From positions 53,506,001 through 53,570,000 of the forward strand of contig OX597824.1 of the NCBI GenBank assembly GCA_951406725.2: a stretch of DNA of 64,000 nucleotides, written 5' to 3'. This DNA is from Octopus vulgaris (Eukaryota). Every line of letters begins with the position of its first letter. The first letter of the stretch is position 1. Positions 38,500 through 55,946 of this stretch are shown here, in pieces. Below the pieces are notes generated by a model. The model worked only from the letters and a program-made list of their open reading frames with translations, was not told the origin of the DNA and ran no database searches. The position numbers were made by a program, and so were the translations under genes.

Positions 38500-41370
38500 T
38501 TACGACCAACATGGAGAAGAAGGGTCTGGAAGCTTAAAGACCCTGCTAATGGACAGAGATTTAGAGACATGTTACTTGAAGCCTTCGACGAAATAGAAGG
38601 GGGTATAGCTACACATGGGGTAGAAGATAACTGGGCGCTTCTAAGGGACAACCTGCTGAAAGTCACTGACCAGATCTGTGGCTGGTGCAAAGTCCCCACA
38701 AGACCCAAAATAACGTGGTGGTGGAACAATACTGTTGACAGGGCTATTAGACAAAAGAAACAGGCTTGGAAGGACTGGAAGAACGGTGGTAGCAGGGAAG
38801 TGTATCAGACTGCAAGAAGGGAAGCTAGGAGGCAGGTTTATTTAGCCAGAGGGGAAGCAGATAGGAAAAAATTTGCCAATGTCCTGCGCCGTGAGGATGA
38901 AAGACTTGAGGTATTTCGTATAGCAAGACAGTGTGTGAGGGAGAACTGTGATGTGGTAGGAGAAAAATGTGTTCGCACGGATGACGGCTCACTTGCGCTA
39001 AATGAGGATGCAAAGAGAGAGGTTTGGAGAAGCCACTATGAAAGGTTGCTGAATGAGGAAAATGAATGGGATAAAGAGAGTCTGCCGAATGTTGACCCAA
39101 CAGAGGGACCAGCAATCCGAGTTGACAGTTCCTTAGTAGTTAAGGCAATTACAAGCATGAAAACAGGGAAAGCCCCAGGCCCATCAGGAATTACTGCAGA
39201 GATGCTCAAAATATCTGGTAGTGTCGGCTATAGCCTAGTCACCCGTATAGTTAACAAGGTGATACACGAAGGAGTCATTCCCAATGACTGGTGTAGCAGC
39301 ATAATAGTCAGCTGCTACAAAGGTAAAGGTGACGCCCTAGATACAAATAACTACAGGGGTATCAAGCTGCTGGATCAGGTAATGAAGGTTACGGAGAGGG
39401 TTATAGCCCAACTAATTAGAGAGAGAGTTAGCCTAGATCAGATGCAGTTTGGGTTCGTGCCAGGGAAAAGTACTACTGATGCTATTTTCATGGTAAGACA
39501 GCTGCAGGAGAAATACCTAGCCAAAGACAAGCCCCTATACCTGGCTTTTGTTGATATGGAGAAAGCCTTCGACAGGGTCCCCCGATCCCTCATCTGGTGG
39601 TCAATGAGGAAACTAGGGATAGATGAATGGTTAGTGAAAGCTGTACAAGTCATGTAAAGAGACGCTGCTAGTAAGGTGAGGGTTGGCATCGAGTACAGTG
39701 AAGAATTCAGGGTAGAGGTTGGGGTCCACCAAGGTTCAGTCCTCAGTCCCCTCCTATTTATCATAGTCCTCCAGGCAATAACGGAGGAATTCAAGACAGG
39801 ATGCCCCTGGGAGTTCCTCTATGCTGATGACCTTGCTCTAATTGCTGAGTCTCTATCAGAACTAGAGGAGAAGTTTCAGGTATGGAAGCAAGGTTTAGAA
39901 TCGAAGGGCCTTAGAATCAACCTAGCCAAAACCAAAGTCCCAATAAGTAGGAAGGTAGACCAATCACAAACGCCTTCAGGTAGATGGCCCTGCTCGATCT
40001 GTAGAAAAGGTGTAGGTAGAAACTCTATAAGATGCACCAAGTGTAAGCTATGGACACATAAGAGGTGCAGTAATGTCAAAGGAAGGCTAACTAGGAAGAT
40101 GGTTTTTGTATGTGGCAGATGCTCAGGAACAATAAACAATGAAAATGCTCTGAGACCAACTTCCGTCACTTTCCAGGCAGAAAAACTAGAAGTAGTTGAT
40201 AGTTTCCGTTACCTAGGTGACCAAGTCAGTAGCGGGGGCGGGTGTGCTGAAAGTATAACTGCTAGAGTAAGAATAGCCTGGGCAAAGTTTAGAGAGCTCT
40301 TACCCCTGCTGGTGACAAAAGGCCTCTCGCTCAAAGTAAAAGGCAGACTGTATGATGCATGTGTACGTACAGCCATGCTACACAGTAGTGAAACTTGGGC
40401 TGTGACTGCTGAGGATTTGCGTAAGCTCGCAAGAAATGAAGCTAGTATGCTCCGATGGATGTGTAACGTCAGTGTTCATGATCGACAGAGTGTAAGTACC
40501 TTGAGAGAAAAGTTGAACGTAAGAAGCATCAGTTGTTGTGTGCAAGAGAGACGTTTGCACTGGTATGGTCATGTGATGAGAATGGCTGAAGATAGTTGTG
40601 TGCAAAAGTGCCACACCCTGGCAGTTGAGGGGACCTGTGGAAGAGGTAGACCCAGGAAAACCTGGGTCGAGGTGGTGAAGCACGACCTTCGAAATTTAGG
40701 TCTCACCAAGGAAATGACCAGAGACCGAGACCTTTGGAAGTATGCTGTGCGTGAGAAAACCCGGCAAGACCAGTGAGAACAGTCAAAATCAAAATCAAAC
40801 CAAATCAATACATATATCAGAAAGCAGAACCAAATTGAGGTCGATCAACATCAGGGCCCCCGTGCCGGTGACACGTAAAAGCACCATCCGTTTCGTGGCC
40901 GTTTGCCAGCTCTGTCTGGCCCCCGTGTTGGTGGCACGTAAAAGCACCATCCATTTGTGTCCATTGCCAGCCTCGCCTGGCCCCCGTGCCAGTGACACGT
41001 AAAAGCACCATCCGTTTCGTGGCCGTTTGCCAGCTCTCTCTGGCCCCCGTGTTGGTGGCACGTAAAAGCATCATCCGTTCGTGTCCGTTGCCAGCCTCGC
41101 CTGGCCCCCGTGCCGGTGACACGTAAAAGCACCATCCGTTCGTGGCCGTTTGCCAGCTCTGTCTGGCACCTGTGCGGGTGGCACGTAAAAAGCACCCACT
41201 ACACTCACGGAGTGGTTGGCGTTAGGAAGGGCATCCAGCCGTAGAAACACTGCCAGATCTGACTGGGCCTGATGAAGCCTTCCAGCTTCACAGACCCCAG
41301 TTGAACCGTCCAACCCATGCTAGCATGGAGAACGGACACTAAATGATGATGATGATGATGATGATGATGA
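38500..41370 (+). mobile_element. 5'-truncated RTE-clade LINE with one in-frame stop, repeat-containing 3' UTR and (GAT)n tail
   Basis: WWWN, KAPGPSG, NYRGIKLL, QFGF, DMEKAFDRV, HQGSVLSP, YADD, FRYLG, GRPRKTW; TAA at 39655-39657; same frame resumes to 40776. Confidence 0.95.
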
Positions 41371-41651
41371 TTACTTCAGTCTACTGGAGGAATAAAAATA
41401 GAATGAGGTATTTTTGCCTCTTGGCTGAAACAGCTGTAAGTTATTTTCCAATTTATATTCCTGTATGTTATATTTTAATAATTACTGGTATCTTTATATA
41501 TTAATATATTATATATGAAAAGCATAATATATTATACATGTATGTATATTCTTGTAATTGTCATTTTAGTAAATAAATAAATAATTTGACATAATATAAT
41601 GTCTAAAAGTTGATGAACCACCTATTGATCCCCTCCATTTTCTTATTGCTC

Positions 41652-41696
<45 letters not shown>

Positions 41697-41701
<5 letters not shown>

Positions 41702-42005
41702 GGTCTGATCAATAAGTATCTGGACCATTGCCACTGTAATGAAGCCAAAGCACACACAGCGAAGCTGCCTGGCACAGATTGACCCTGAACTCTGCCACAC
41801 ATGCACACCCAAGTCCTAACATTCCAGCTCAGTTCTGCTGCTCACAGCACTGCTTTGAAGGAAAATGTGCAGCACATGATCATTGCATTGACCATGACAG
41901 AGAAAGTCAAGCAGAGAATCTGCATCAAATTTTACCAAATGCTTAGCAATACCTGCTCAGAAGCCTATGCAAAGTTTTCAAAAGGTTTTCATTGTTCTCA
42001 ATACA
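41697..42005 (+). mobile_element. Mariner-derived 5' remnant
   Basis: TA-flanked terminus catggtctgatcaataagt and MTEKVKQRICIKF, like mariner N-termini. Confidence 0.5.
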
Positions 42006-42193
42006 ATCAAGGAGATCTTGTATACATATATATATATATATATATACATACATATATATATATACATATATATATATATACATATATATACATATATGAT
42101 TGATTGATTGATTGATTGATTGATTCTAGTTTCAGCTTATGAGCTGTGGCCATGCTGGGGCACCGCCATTTGGTGTTGCTACTTGGTTTCACT

Positions 42194-45190
42194 TCACGAA
42201 AGCTTTCTAGCAACTGCCATTTGGTGCATGAGAGAGTTCGATGCAGCTGCCCTCATCTGCCCCTCCTGCCGTGAAGTTGGTTCATCTGGGACACCTGACA
42301 GGAAGAGATCCAGCTTCATTTTAAAGACATCTGCATCTACCCCATGCAGGTCTCTCAGGTTCTTCGGGAGGATATTGAAGAGCTGTGGGCCTCGGAAGCC
42401 CAGGCTATCACAGAATATTGTCCTACATCTTGATGGCAAGTTTGGAGTCCTAGGCACCACGCAGTGGCGCCCAGTTCTGGCATTTGCGTAACTCTCGATG
42501 CCAAAGTTCAGGACACGTCCCTCCAGGATCTATATTATGTATATTATGGCATATCTTTCCCGCCTACACTCCAGGGAATATAGTATTAATCTCTTGAGTC
42601 TTTCCCAGTAGCTTACATTCTGCATAGAGTCTATCTTCTTCGTGTAGCTACGTTGGATCGCCTCGAGCTCTGTGATCAACTTGACACTGGATGGTGACCA
42701 TAACTGAGAGCAGTAGTCAAAGTGGCTTAGGACAAGTGTCCTCCAGAGGACCATCATGGTTTCTTGTTCTCTTGTTCTAAAGGTTCTGAGGATCCATCCG
42801 GCCAGTCGTCTACATTTCATTGCCAATTTAGCAACATGTACATGAAAGGTCGCGTCATCACTCATGTAAATACCTAGGTCACACACTGATTGTGCCTCTG
42901 GGATTGCTATTCCTCCGGGTCCAGTGTATTCATTGGGTATTGCATTTAGTTTTGCATGCTGATAGTATAAAGCTTGAAACTTTTCAGCATTGAACTGCAT
43001 GCTATTCTTTTCGGCCCACTTGTATATTTTGTCTAGCTCACATTGCAGGTGTTTAGTGTCCTCAGGGTTCTGTATTGCCTGTGAAACTTTTGTATCATCT
43101 GCATAACTTGTGATCGTGGCTCTCCGCGTGGCTGAGGGCATGTCTGAGAGGGCCATTATGAACAGTAGTGGTCCCAGAACAGTGCCCTGCGGAACACCGC
43201 TCACTATTTGCGTGTTAATGGAAGTGGCCCCATTGGCCACTACCACCTGACTTCTATCTTTCAGAAAGTCATGAATCCATTCTCCCAGTTTTCCAACTAT
43301 GTTGAGATCACGCAGTTTGTGACATATCATTCCATGATCGACTTTATCAAAGGCCTTTGCAAAGTCGAGATATATCACTTCCACATTTGAGTGGTTGAGC
43401 AGCCATTTCAGCACCCAGTCATAGTGTTGTAGGAGCTGAGTTAAACAGCTTCTCCCTGGTCGGAAACCATGTTGGGTGTCGGGCAGCAAGTCATTCTCTT
43501 CAAGGAAGGTGATCAGCTTCCTTCTGACTATTCGTTCCATGACCTTGCTGATGTGTGAGGTCAGAGAGATAGGTCTATAGTTCTTGGCTTCCGCTCTGCT
43601 ACCTCCTTTATGAATGGAGCATATTTTACCTTCCTTCAGTTTTCTTGGAAGTTTGCCAGCTGCAAGGAAGCTCTGAAAGAGGAACTGCAGTGGTCTTGCT
43701 AGGACTCTCTTACATGCTTTTAGGAGGATTGCCGGGAATCCATCGGGGCCAGTAGCTGAGTCTGTTTTCATTTCATCTATAGCCTTGATTACATCGTCTT
43801 CCTTTATATCGATGTAATCTATCGTCGCCGCCTCTGGTTTTATATCTGCAGTGGTAAAAATGTCAGTTGGATTGGTGATTTGGAGATGCCCAAGGGGTGG
43901 AGTGAAAACACTCTTGAATTGCTCATTCAGTATTTCACTTACCCTCATTGGTTTTCCTGTAAGTGTGCCATCCTTTTCGAGGAGTGGCCCTATTCTACAG
44001 TGCACCGTAGCTGTTTCTTTGGCATACCTGTAGAAAGCTCTGGGGTTAGATTTTATGTTGTCTATAGCCCAGGCTTCTTTGTCTGCTCTTTCCTTTTCAT
44101 AGGAGAGTTGCAGACATTTTTCGATTTCCAACAGTTTTATTTTTAGGCGGGACTTTTCACTGCTTTCAATCTGTTTGTTTAGGCGATTTGAAAATTTCGT
44201 ACGCCGTCTCATTAAAATTTTCCTCTCTCTGGGGATTTTGTTCTTGTGTACAGTGGCCTTTCTGTCTGGGACACATTTGTAGCATATGGCTTGCATTACA
44301 GACATGAATTGTTGAAGTTTCACGTCGATGTCTGGCGAGGAGAGACATTTAGGCCAGTTTTGTTTGAGGATCTCTTTCTCAATTTGTTTCCAGTTTGCCT
44401 TATGGTAGTTCAAGCTGGAAAGATTCTGAGGGTTTCTTGTAGGCTGCATGTCCATGCTCTCTTTTGGCCCGTACATGGTCAGCTCTATCATGTTGTGATC
44501 CGAGAGTAGTGTCGGTGTCACTTTCACATTATGGATGAGATCCATGTCATTTGTGAAGCAGAGATCCAGTGTGTTACCTGCCCTGGTTGGTTGGAGTATT
44601 ACCTGCTCCATGTACAGGGTGTTGATGAGGTTCAGGAGGGACCTCGCCTGTCCTCGTTCACATCTTGTCATTCCTGGGAGAGAAAGGCCCTCGGGCCATC
44701 TGACATTGGGCAGATTGAACTCTCCCATAAGAAGTACACTTATGTGTTGTTCTAATGTGGTTAGAACTTCTTCTATTTTTATAAGGCAGTCTTCAAACTT
44801 GTCCACATGGCTTGGGGCATCTGGAGGGCGATATGTAGCACACACAACTACATCAAGTTGCCTAATATGTACAATTAGTGTGTCACACACCGAGTTTGAG
44901 TATGACAAGAGGACCTGGGGTGTGAGGTCCTCACGGATGTACATAGCAACACCTCCATGACTCCTTTCTTTCCTGTCGGTCCGTAGTACAGCATACTGTG
45001 GTATGTGTAACTCCGCATCTGCTATATCCGGTTTCAGGTGCGTTTCCGTAAGTGCTATGCATAAGGCTTGATTGCATGCAACGAAGTCTCTCAGGAACGG
45101 GATTTTTGTCCTGTTACTGAGTGTTTGCAGTCCTCTGATGTTCAGTAGAAGCATCGAGGTGAGGTGTACGTTGTTGCTGGTGGTGTCCAT
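42194..45190 (-). pseudogene. LINE ORF2 (AP endonuclease + RT) with a late in-frame stop
   Basis: NIRGL, LTETHL, GGVA, YRPP, GEFN (GDFN variant), LDL, SDH; YADD; TAG at ~42530 and the same frame resumes. Confidence 0.9.
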
Positions 45191-46047
45191 CCTGGGTCTG
45201 TTTGCTGTGGTGGTCTGGTAAATAGTGGATAGTCCCACCTGCGGGCTTGGATTTGATGAAGCCAGGTCAGCTGCTGTACAATCTTTTGTGCCATGCACAA
45301 AAAAGATTGTTGCTCAGCAGCTGCCCTTTCGACAACATCATGTTGGTGGTTTGTGGCACGCACAACATCTGCGTACCTCCGCTTTGGGGCAAGTGGTGCG
45401 TGGTCCATCCCTTTTCCTTGTGTTGATGATTTGTCCATCTGCCTCGTGTCTCTGTGGCAGGGTCCCTGATGTGCAAAGCGGCAGCCTGCACCTTCCTTTC
45501 CATGCCAGCAGGAACCGCTCAGGTAGAACCTACACACCTGTGTGCGCTGTTTGTTTCCATCTTTTGCGGTTCCACTTCTATTCCTGGTTTTTTCACCCTT
45601 TGGTCCTGCTTGAGCTTTTCCTTTAGCTCTTCCAGCCCTTCTTTTAGTTCTTCCTCCTCCCTCTACCTCTTCACCGGGTTCTCCGTCTCCATGGCCCTTG
45701 CTGCCGGTTGGAGAACTTGCACCTGGGTTCACTTCCCGGGCAGGTTTCTCATTCAAAACCTCCTCCCGGGCGTCCACCAGGTGGGGGTGACTTCTTTCAT
45801 CATCTCCATTCTTGCCATCTTTGCCCCGCTCGTTCTCAAAGATGGCATCAAGTGCGCCAATGTGCGACCGTATAAGCGCATATGAGCGCACGAATTCCCG
45901 TCTCTTTCGCTCCATCTGAGCCGCTGTCCTCTTGTAGCCTTTGCTCTTCAGCGCAGCCGCAATCACCTCGCTAGGGCTATCTCCGTCGGCGCACTTCCAG
46001 GCTCGTACGAATAAATCTAGTTCGTCAGGTCTCCATGCTCTGGACAT
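45142..46047 (-). CDS. LINE ORF1 with Myb/SANT-like N-terminus and CCCH zinc finger
   Basis: WRPDELDLFVRAW..IAAALKSKGYKRTAAQMERK; CRFYLSGSCWHGKEGAGCRFAH. Confidence 0.75.
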   Translation of the reverse strand: MSRAWRPDELDLFVRAWKCADGDSPSEVIAAALKSKGYKRTAAQMERKRREFVRSYALIRSHIGALDAIFENERGKDGKNGDDERSHPHLVDAREEVLNEKPAREVNPGASSPTGSKGHGDGEPGEEVEGGGRTKRRAGRAKGKAQAGPKGEKTRNRSGTAKDGNKQRTQVCRFYLSGSCWHGKEGAGCRFAHQGPCHRDTRQMDKSSTQGKGMDHAPLAPKRRYADVVRATNHQHDVVERAAAEQQSFLCMAQKIVQQLTWLHQIQARRWDYPLFTRPPQQTDPGWTPPATTYTSPRCFY

Positions 46048-46885
46048 GCTGGATGATCTGTCTATTTGTTTATCTATCTAACTATGTTCGAGAGAAGACA
46101 AGAAGATATTAAGGCTAATTAGAAGATAGAGTATTTGGAAAAAAAAAATATTAACAATATTAAAGTTTGTGGGTAAAACGTTATTTAATCTTAAGGCTAA
46201 TTAGGAGATAGAGTATCTGAAAATATATTAGCAATATTAATATTATATTAGAGTGTGGGTAAAAACGTTTTTTTTTTTTGTTTTTTTTTTTTTAATCTTA
46301 AGGCTAATTAGAAGATATATTAAAGTGTGGGTAAAAACGTTATTTATTCTTAAGGCTAATTAGGAGATAGAGTATCTGAAAATATGTTAACAATATTACT
46401 ATTATATTAAAGTGTGGGTAAAAATCGTTATTTAATCTTAAGGCTAATTAGAGGATAGAGTATCTGAAAATATATTAACAAATATTTAAAATGTGGGTAA
46501 AAAGGCTAATTAGAAAGATATTAGAGTTTGGTTAAAAAATTAGAAGATGTTAAAGTGTGGGTAAAAACGATGTTTATTCTTAAGGCTAATTAGAAGATAG
46601 AGTATCTGAAAGAGGAGAGATGAGAGGGTAAGAAAGAGGGGAAAGATTATTTATCTATCTAAAGTTCGTGAAAGTTCACGTCCATGCATATATACGCATA
46701 CGTATTTACATACACGCACACACACATACATACACGTGCACACACATACACATATACACAGACGGGGAGAGAAGGAAGGTGGAAAAAAAAGAAAATGAGT
46801 GAAAATATATTAAAATATATATATATTAAAGCGTGAAGAAAGGGTTATTTAATTCTGAAGCCAATTTCTGCCTTCGAGAACAGTT

Positions 46886-46936
<51 letters not shown>

Positions 46937-47189
46937 TCATCATCATCATCGTCGTCGTTTAGCGTCCTTTTTCCATGCTAGCATGGGTTGGACGGTTCTA
47001 CTGGGGTCTATGAAGCCAGAAGGCTTCATCAGGCCCAGTCAAATCTGGCAGTGTTTCTACGGCTGGATGCCCTTCCTAACGCCAACCACTCCGTGAGTGT
47101 AGTGGGTGCTTTTTACGTGCCACCCAAACAAGTGCCAGACAGACCTGGCAAACGGCCACGAACGGATGGTGCTTTTTATGTGCCACCGG

Positions 47190-51487
<4,298 letters not shown>

Positions 51488-54238
51488 ACTCTTTTACTCT
51501 TTTACTTGTTTCAGCCATCCGGCTGAGGACATGCTGGGGCACCGCCCTTGTTGCTACCCTCTCTAAGTCCAGTTTGCCGTGGCTGGCCACTGATCTAAGA
51601 GAGAGTTTGTAGCTGCTGCCCTTAGGTTACCTTCGTACCTTGCAGTGGGTTCATCTGGGATCCCGGAAAGCAGCTTGTCTAGATGTTTTTTGAAAATGTC
51701 CACATCCGCATCATGTAGATCTCTTAGTTTTCTTGGCAGTTTGTTGAAAAGCTGAGGGCCCCTGAACCCCAGGCTATTACAGTATCTGCTCCTTACCCTG
51801 GATGTGGAAGACGGGACCTTTGGCACCACACAGTGACGTCCTGTACGGGGATTGGAACAGCTCTCAATTCCAAAATTTGGTGCTAGTCCCTCCAGGATTT
51901 TCCATATGTATATCACTGCATATCTCTCTCGTCTTCGTTCCAAGGAGTACAAATTGAGTTCCCTAAGCCTCTCCCAATAGTTCTTTTCTTTCATGGTGGA
52001 AATCCTCTTGGTGAAATGTCTTTGGATTGTCTCAAGCTCTGTGGTTAGTTTGACACTATGCGGTGACCACAGTTGGGAGCAGTAGTCCAGGCGGCTTAGG
52101 ACAAATGTCCTCCATAGTGTCAACATGGTCTCGCAGTCTCTTGTCCGGAATGTCCTCAGGATCCAGCCAGTGAGTCGTCTGCACATTGTCGCCACCTTCG
52201 CGATGTGTGAAGAAAAAGATGCATCGTCACTCATGTCTATCCCCAGGTCCCGTATTGATTTCGATACTGGGATTTCGATCCCTCCTGGACCAGTATAGTT
52301 GTGTTGTAATGTATATGTGTTTACAGCTTGATATTGTAAGGCTTGAAATTTACCAGCATTAAATTGCATGTTGTTGTCTTCAGCCCATTTGTATATGGCA
52401 TCCAGATCTTGTTGTAAAAGGTCAGCATCAGCTGGGTTTTTGATTGCCTGTGCTACCTTTGTGTCATCAGCATAGCTAGTGAGGGATGTTGTTTGTGCTA
52501 CCAAGGGCATGTCAGAGAGCGCCACCAAAAACAGCAAGGGTCCCAAGACTGTGCCCTGTGGCACCCCACTTGCTATTGGTGTCTTTCCCGAGAGGGCTCC
52601 ATTGGCTGCAACCATCTGGCTTCTGTCCTTCAGGAAGTCATGTATCCACTCACCTACTTTTCCTGTTATGCCGAGTCTGAGTAATTTGTGACATATCACT
52701 CCGTGGTCGACTTTGTCAAAGGCCTTCGCAAAGTCGAGATATACCACATCCACCTGTGAGCGATCCAGTAGTTGTTTCAGTACCCAGTCGTAGTGTTGTA
52801 ACAGCTGCGTAAGGCAGCTTCTTCCTGGGCGAAAGCCATGCTGTGTGTCAGTGAGACGGTTAGTTTCTTCGAGGAACGTGATCAGTTTTTTTCTGACGAT
52901 TCGTTCCATGACCTTACTTATGTGTGACGTCAGGGAGACTGGCCTGTAGTTTTTGGCCTCTGCTCTACTCCCTCCTTTGTGGATAGGGCATATGGTGCCT
53001 TCTTTTAGCGCCCTGGGCAGTTTACCGTTAGCCAAGGAACCACTGAAGAGCTTCTCAGTGGTCCCGCTAGGGCATGCCTGCATGTTTTTAGGAGGACTGC
53101 TGGGAATCCATCTGGTCCAGCAGCTGAGTTTATTCTCATTTCTTCTATGGCAGATATTACATCCCTCTCTGTTATGTCTATGTGGTCGATGGTTGTTGTT
53201 TGGTTTTGGAGTGTTGTGGCATCAAAGAAAACTTCTGGGTTTGTGATTTGCATGTGCCCCAGAGGGGATGTGAACACACTTTTATACTGTTCCTTTAGTA
53301 TTTCACTTATCCCTTGGGGGTCCTCAGTTAGAGAGCCCTTTTTATCAAAGAGTGGGCCAATCTTGCAGTGTACCGAGGTGGTTTCTTTCGCAAATTTAAA
53401 GAAGGCTTTAGGGTTTGTTTTAATATTCTCTATGGCCCTGGCTTCTCTCTCTGCCCTCTCCTTCTCATAGGAAAGTTTGAGTGCAGTTTCCGTTTCAAAA
53501 AGTTTCAGGTGGAGTCCCTCATTGTTTCTCTGCCGTGCGTTCAGTTGCTTCGAGAGCTTAGCTCTTCGCCTCATAAGTATTTTCCTGTCTCTGGGAATAA
53601 CGTTCCTATGCCCGCTGGCTTTTTTCTCCGGGACAAACTTATGGCATATGTTCTGTATTGTTGTCATGAATTGTTGGAAATGTGTGTTGGTGTCTTGTGT
53701 GGTGATGAAGTCACTCCAGTCATGTTTTCGGATCTCTTCGTTGATCTTCTTCCAGTTTGCCTTATGGAAGTTTAGACTGGATAGGCCTGTGGTATTTTCT
53801 AATGGCTGCGTCTCACCTAACTCTCTCATACCATATATCATTACCTCTACTAAGTTGTGATCTGAGAGAATTGTTGGTGTTACCATTATGTTGTGGATGA
53901 GCATCGGGTTGCTTGTGAAACAGAGGTCCAAGACATTCTCACCTCTTGTTGGCCAAAGCACTGCTTGCTCCATGAAAAACTTGCGTGTGAGAGCCAACAA
54001 GGACTCTGTCTGTCTCTGTTCAAGTGATGTCATTCCAGGGAGGAGATGGCCATCTGGCCATTTGACTTTCGGAAGGTTAAAATCTCCCAGCAGTAGAATG
54101 GTGTTACCCTGGTCCAGTTTGTCCAGGACTTCTTCTATTCTTCTGAGGCTATCTTCAAACACTCCTTCATGACTAGGGGTGTCTGGTGGCCGATATGTGA
54201 CACATATTACTATTTTCGGTTGTTTCATGTGTACTATC
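51488..54238 (-). mobile_element. 5'-truncated related CR1-like LINE (second subfamily), one frameshift near 53060
   Basis: [35 protein letters not shown]; stop at 51563; short 3' UTR with a (GAGTAAAA)-type tail. Confidence 0.93.
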
Positions 54239-54296
54239 ATATATATATATATACATATATATACATACATATATATACATATACATATATATATAC

Positions 54297-54345
<49 letters not shown>

Positions 54346-54418
54346 TATACATATATACATATATATATATATACATATATATATACATACATATATATAT
54401 ACATACATATATATATAC

Positions 54419-54465
<47 letters not shown>

Positions 54466-54534
54466 TCTATGTATATATATACATATATATATACATATAT
54501 ATATACATATATATATATATACATATATATATAC

Positions 54535-54677
<143 letters not shown>

Positions 54678-54994
54678 CATATATATATATACATATATAT
54701 ACATATATATATATACATATATATATATACATATATATATATACATATACATATATATACATATATATATATACATATATATATACATATATATATATAC
54801 ATATATATACATATATATATATACATATATATATACATATATATATATATATACATATATATACATATATATACATATATATATACATATATATATATAC
54901 ATATATATACATATATATATATATACATATATATATATACATATATATATATATACATATATATACATATATATATATATATATACATATAGAG

Positions 54995-55795
54995 GCACAA
55001 TACCAGAGGCACAATCAGTGCGTGACCTGGGTATTCACATGAGTGATGACGCGACCTTTCATGTACATGTTGCTAAACTGACAGTGAAATGCAGACGCCT
55101 GGCTGGATGGATTCTTAGAACCTTTAGAACAAGAGAACAAGAAACCATGATGGTCCTCTGGAAGACACTTGTCCTAAGTCACTTTGACTATTGCTCTCAG
55201 CTATGGTCACCATCCAGTGTCAAGTTGATCACAGAACTTGAGGCGATCCAACGAAGCTACACGAAGAAGATAGCCTCTATGCAGAATGTAAGCTACTGGG
55301 AAAGACTCAAGAGATTAAAATTATATTCCCTGGAGCGTAGGCGGGAAAGATATGCCATAATATACATCTGGAAGATCCTGGAGGGAAGTGTCCTGAACTT
55401 TGGCATCGAGAGTTACGCAAACGCCAGAACTGGGCGCCACTGCGTGGTGCCTAGGACTCCAAACTTGCCATCAAGATGTAGGACAAGATTCTGTGATAGC
55501 CTGGGCTTCCGAGGCCCACAGCTCTTCAATATCCTCCCGATGAACCTGAGAGACCTGCATGGGGTGAATACAGATGTCTTTAAAATGGAGCTGGATCTCT
55601 TCCTGTCAGGTGTCCCAGATGAACCAACTTCACGGCAGGAGGGGCAGATGAGGGCAGCTGCATCGAACTCTCTCATGCACCAAATAGCAGTTGCTAAAAA
55701 GCCTCCATGAAGTGAAACCAAGTAGCAACACCAAATGGCGGTGCCCCAGCATGGCCACAGCTCATGAGCTGAAACTGGAATCAATCAATCAATCA
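54995..55795 (+). mobile_element. 3' end of the first CR1-like family with (TCAA)n tail
   Basis: [11 protein letters not shown]...AVAKKPP*, near-identical to 42098-42900 inverted. Confidence 0.93.
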
Positions 55796-55831
<36 letters not shown>

Positions 55832-55833
55832 CT

Positions 55834-55885
<52 letters not shown>

Positions 55886-55904
55886 TATATACATATATAT
55901 ATAT

Positions 55905-55946
<42 letters not shown>

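Larger units (their letters stand above)
42098..46690 (-). mobile_element. Near full-length CR1-group LINE (5' UTR tandem repeats, ORF1, ORF2, (TCAA)n tail)
   Basis: ORF1 46047-45142; ORF2 APE-RT ~45190-42194; tail 42098-42125; AAGGCTAATTAG repeats 46105-46612. Confidence 0.93.
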
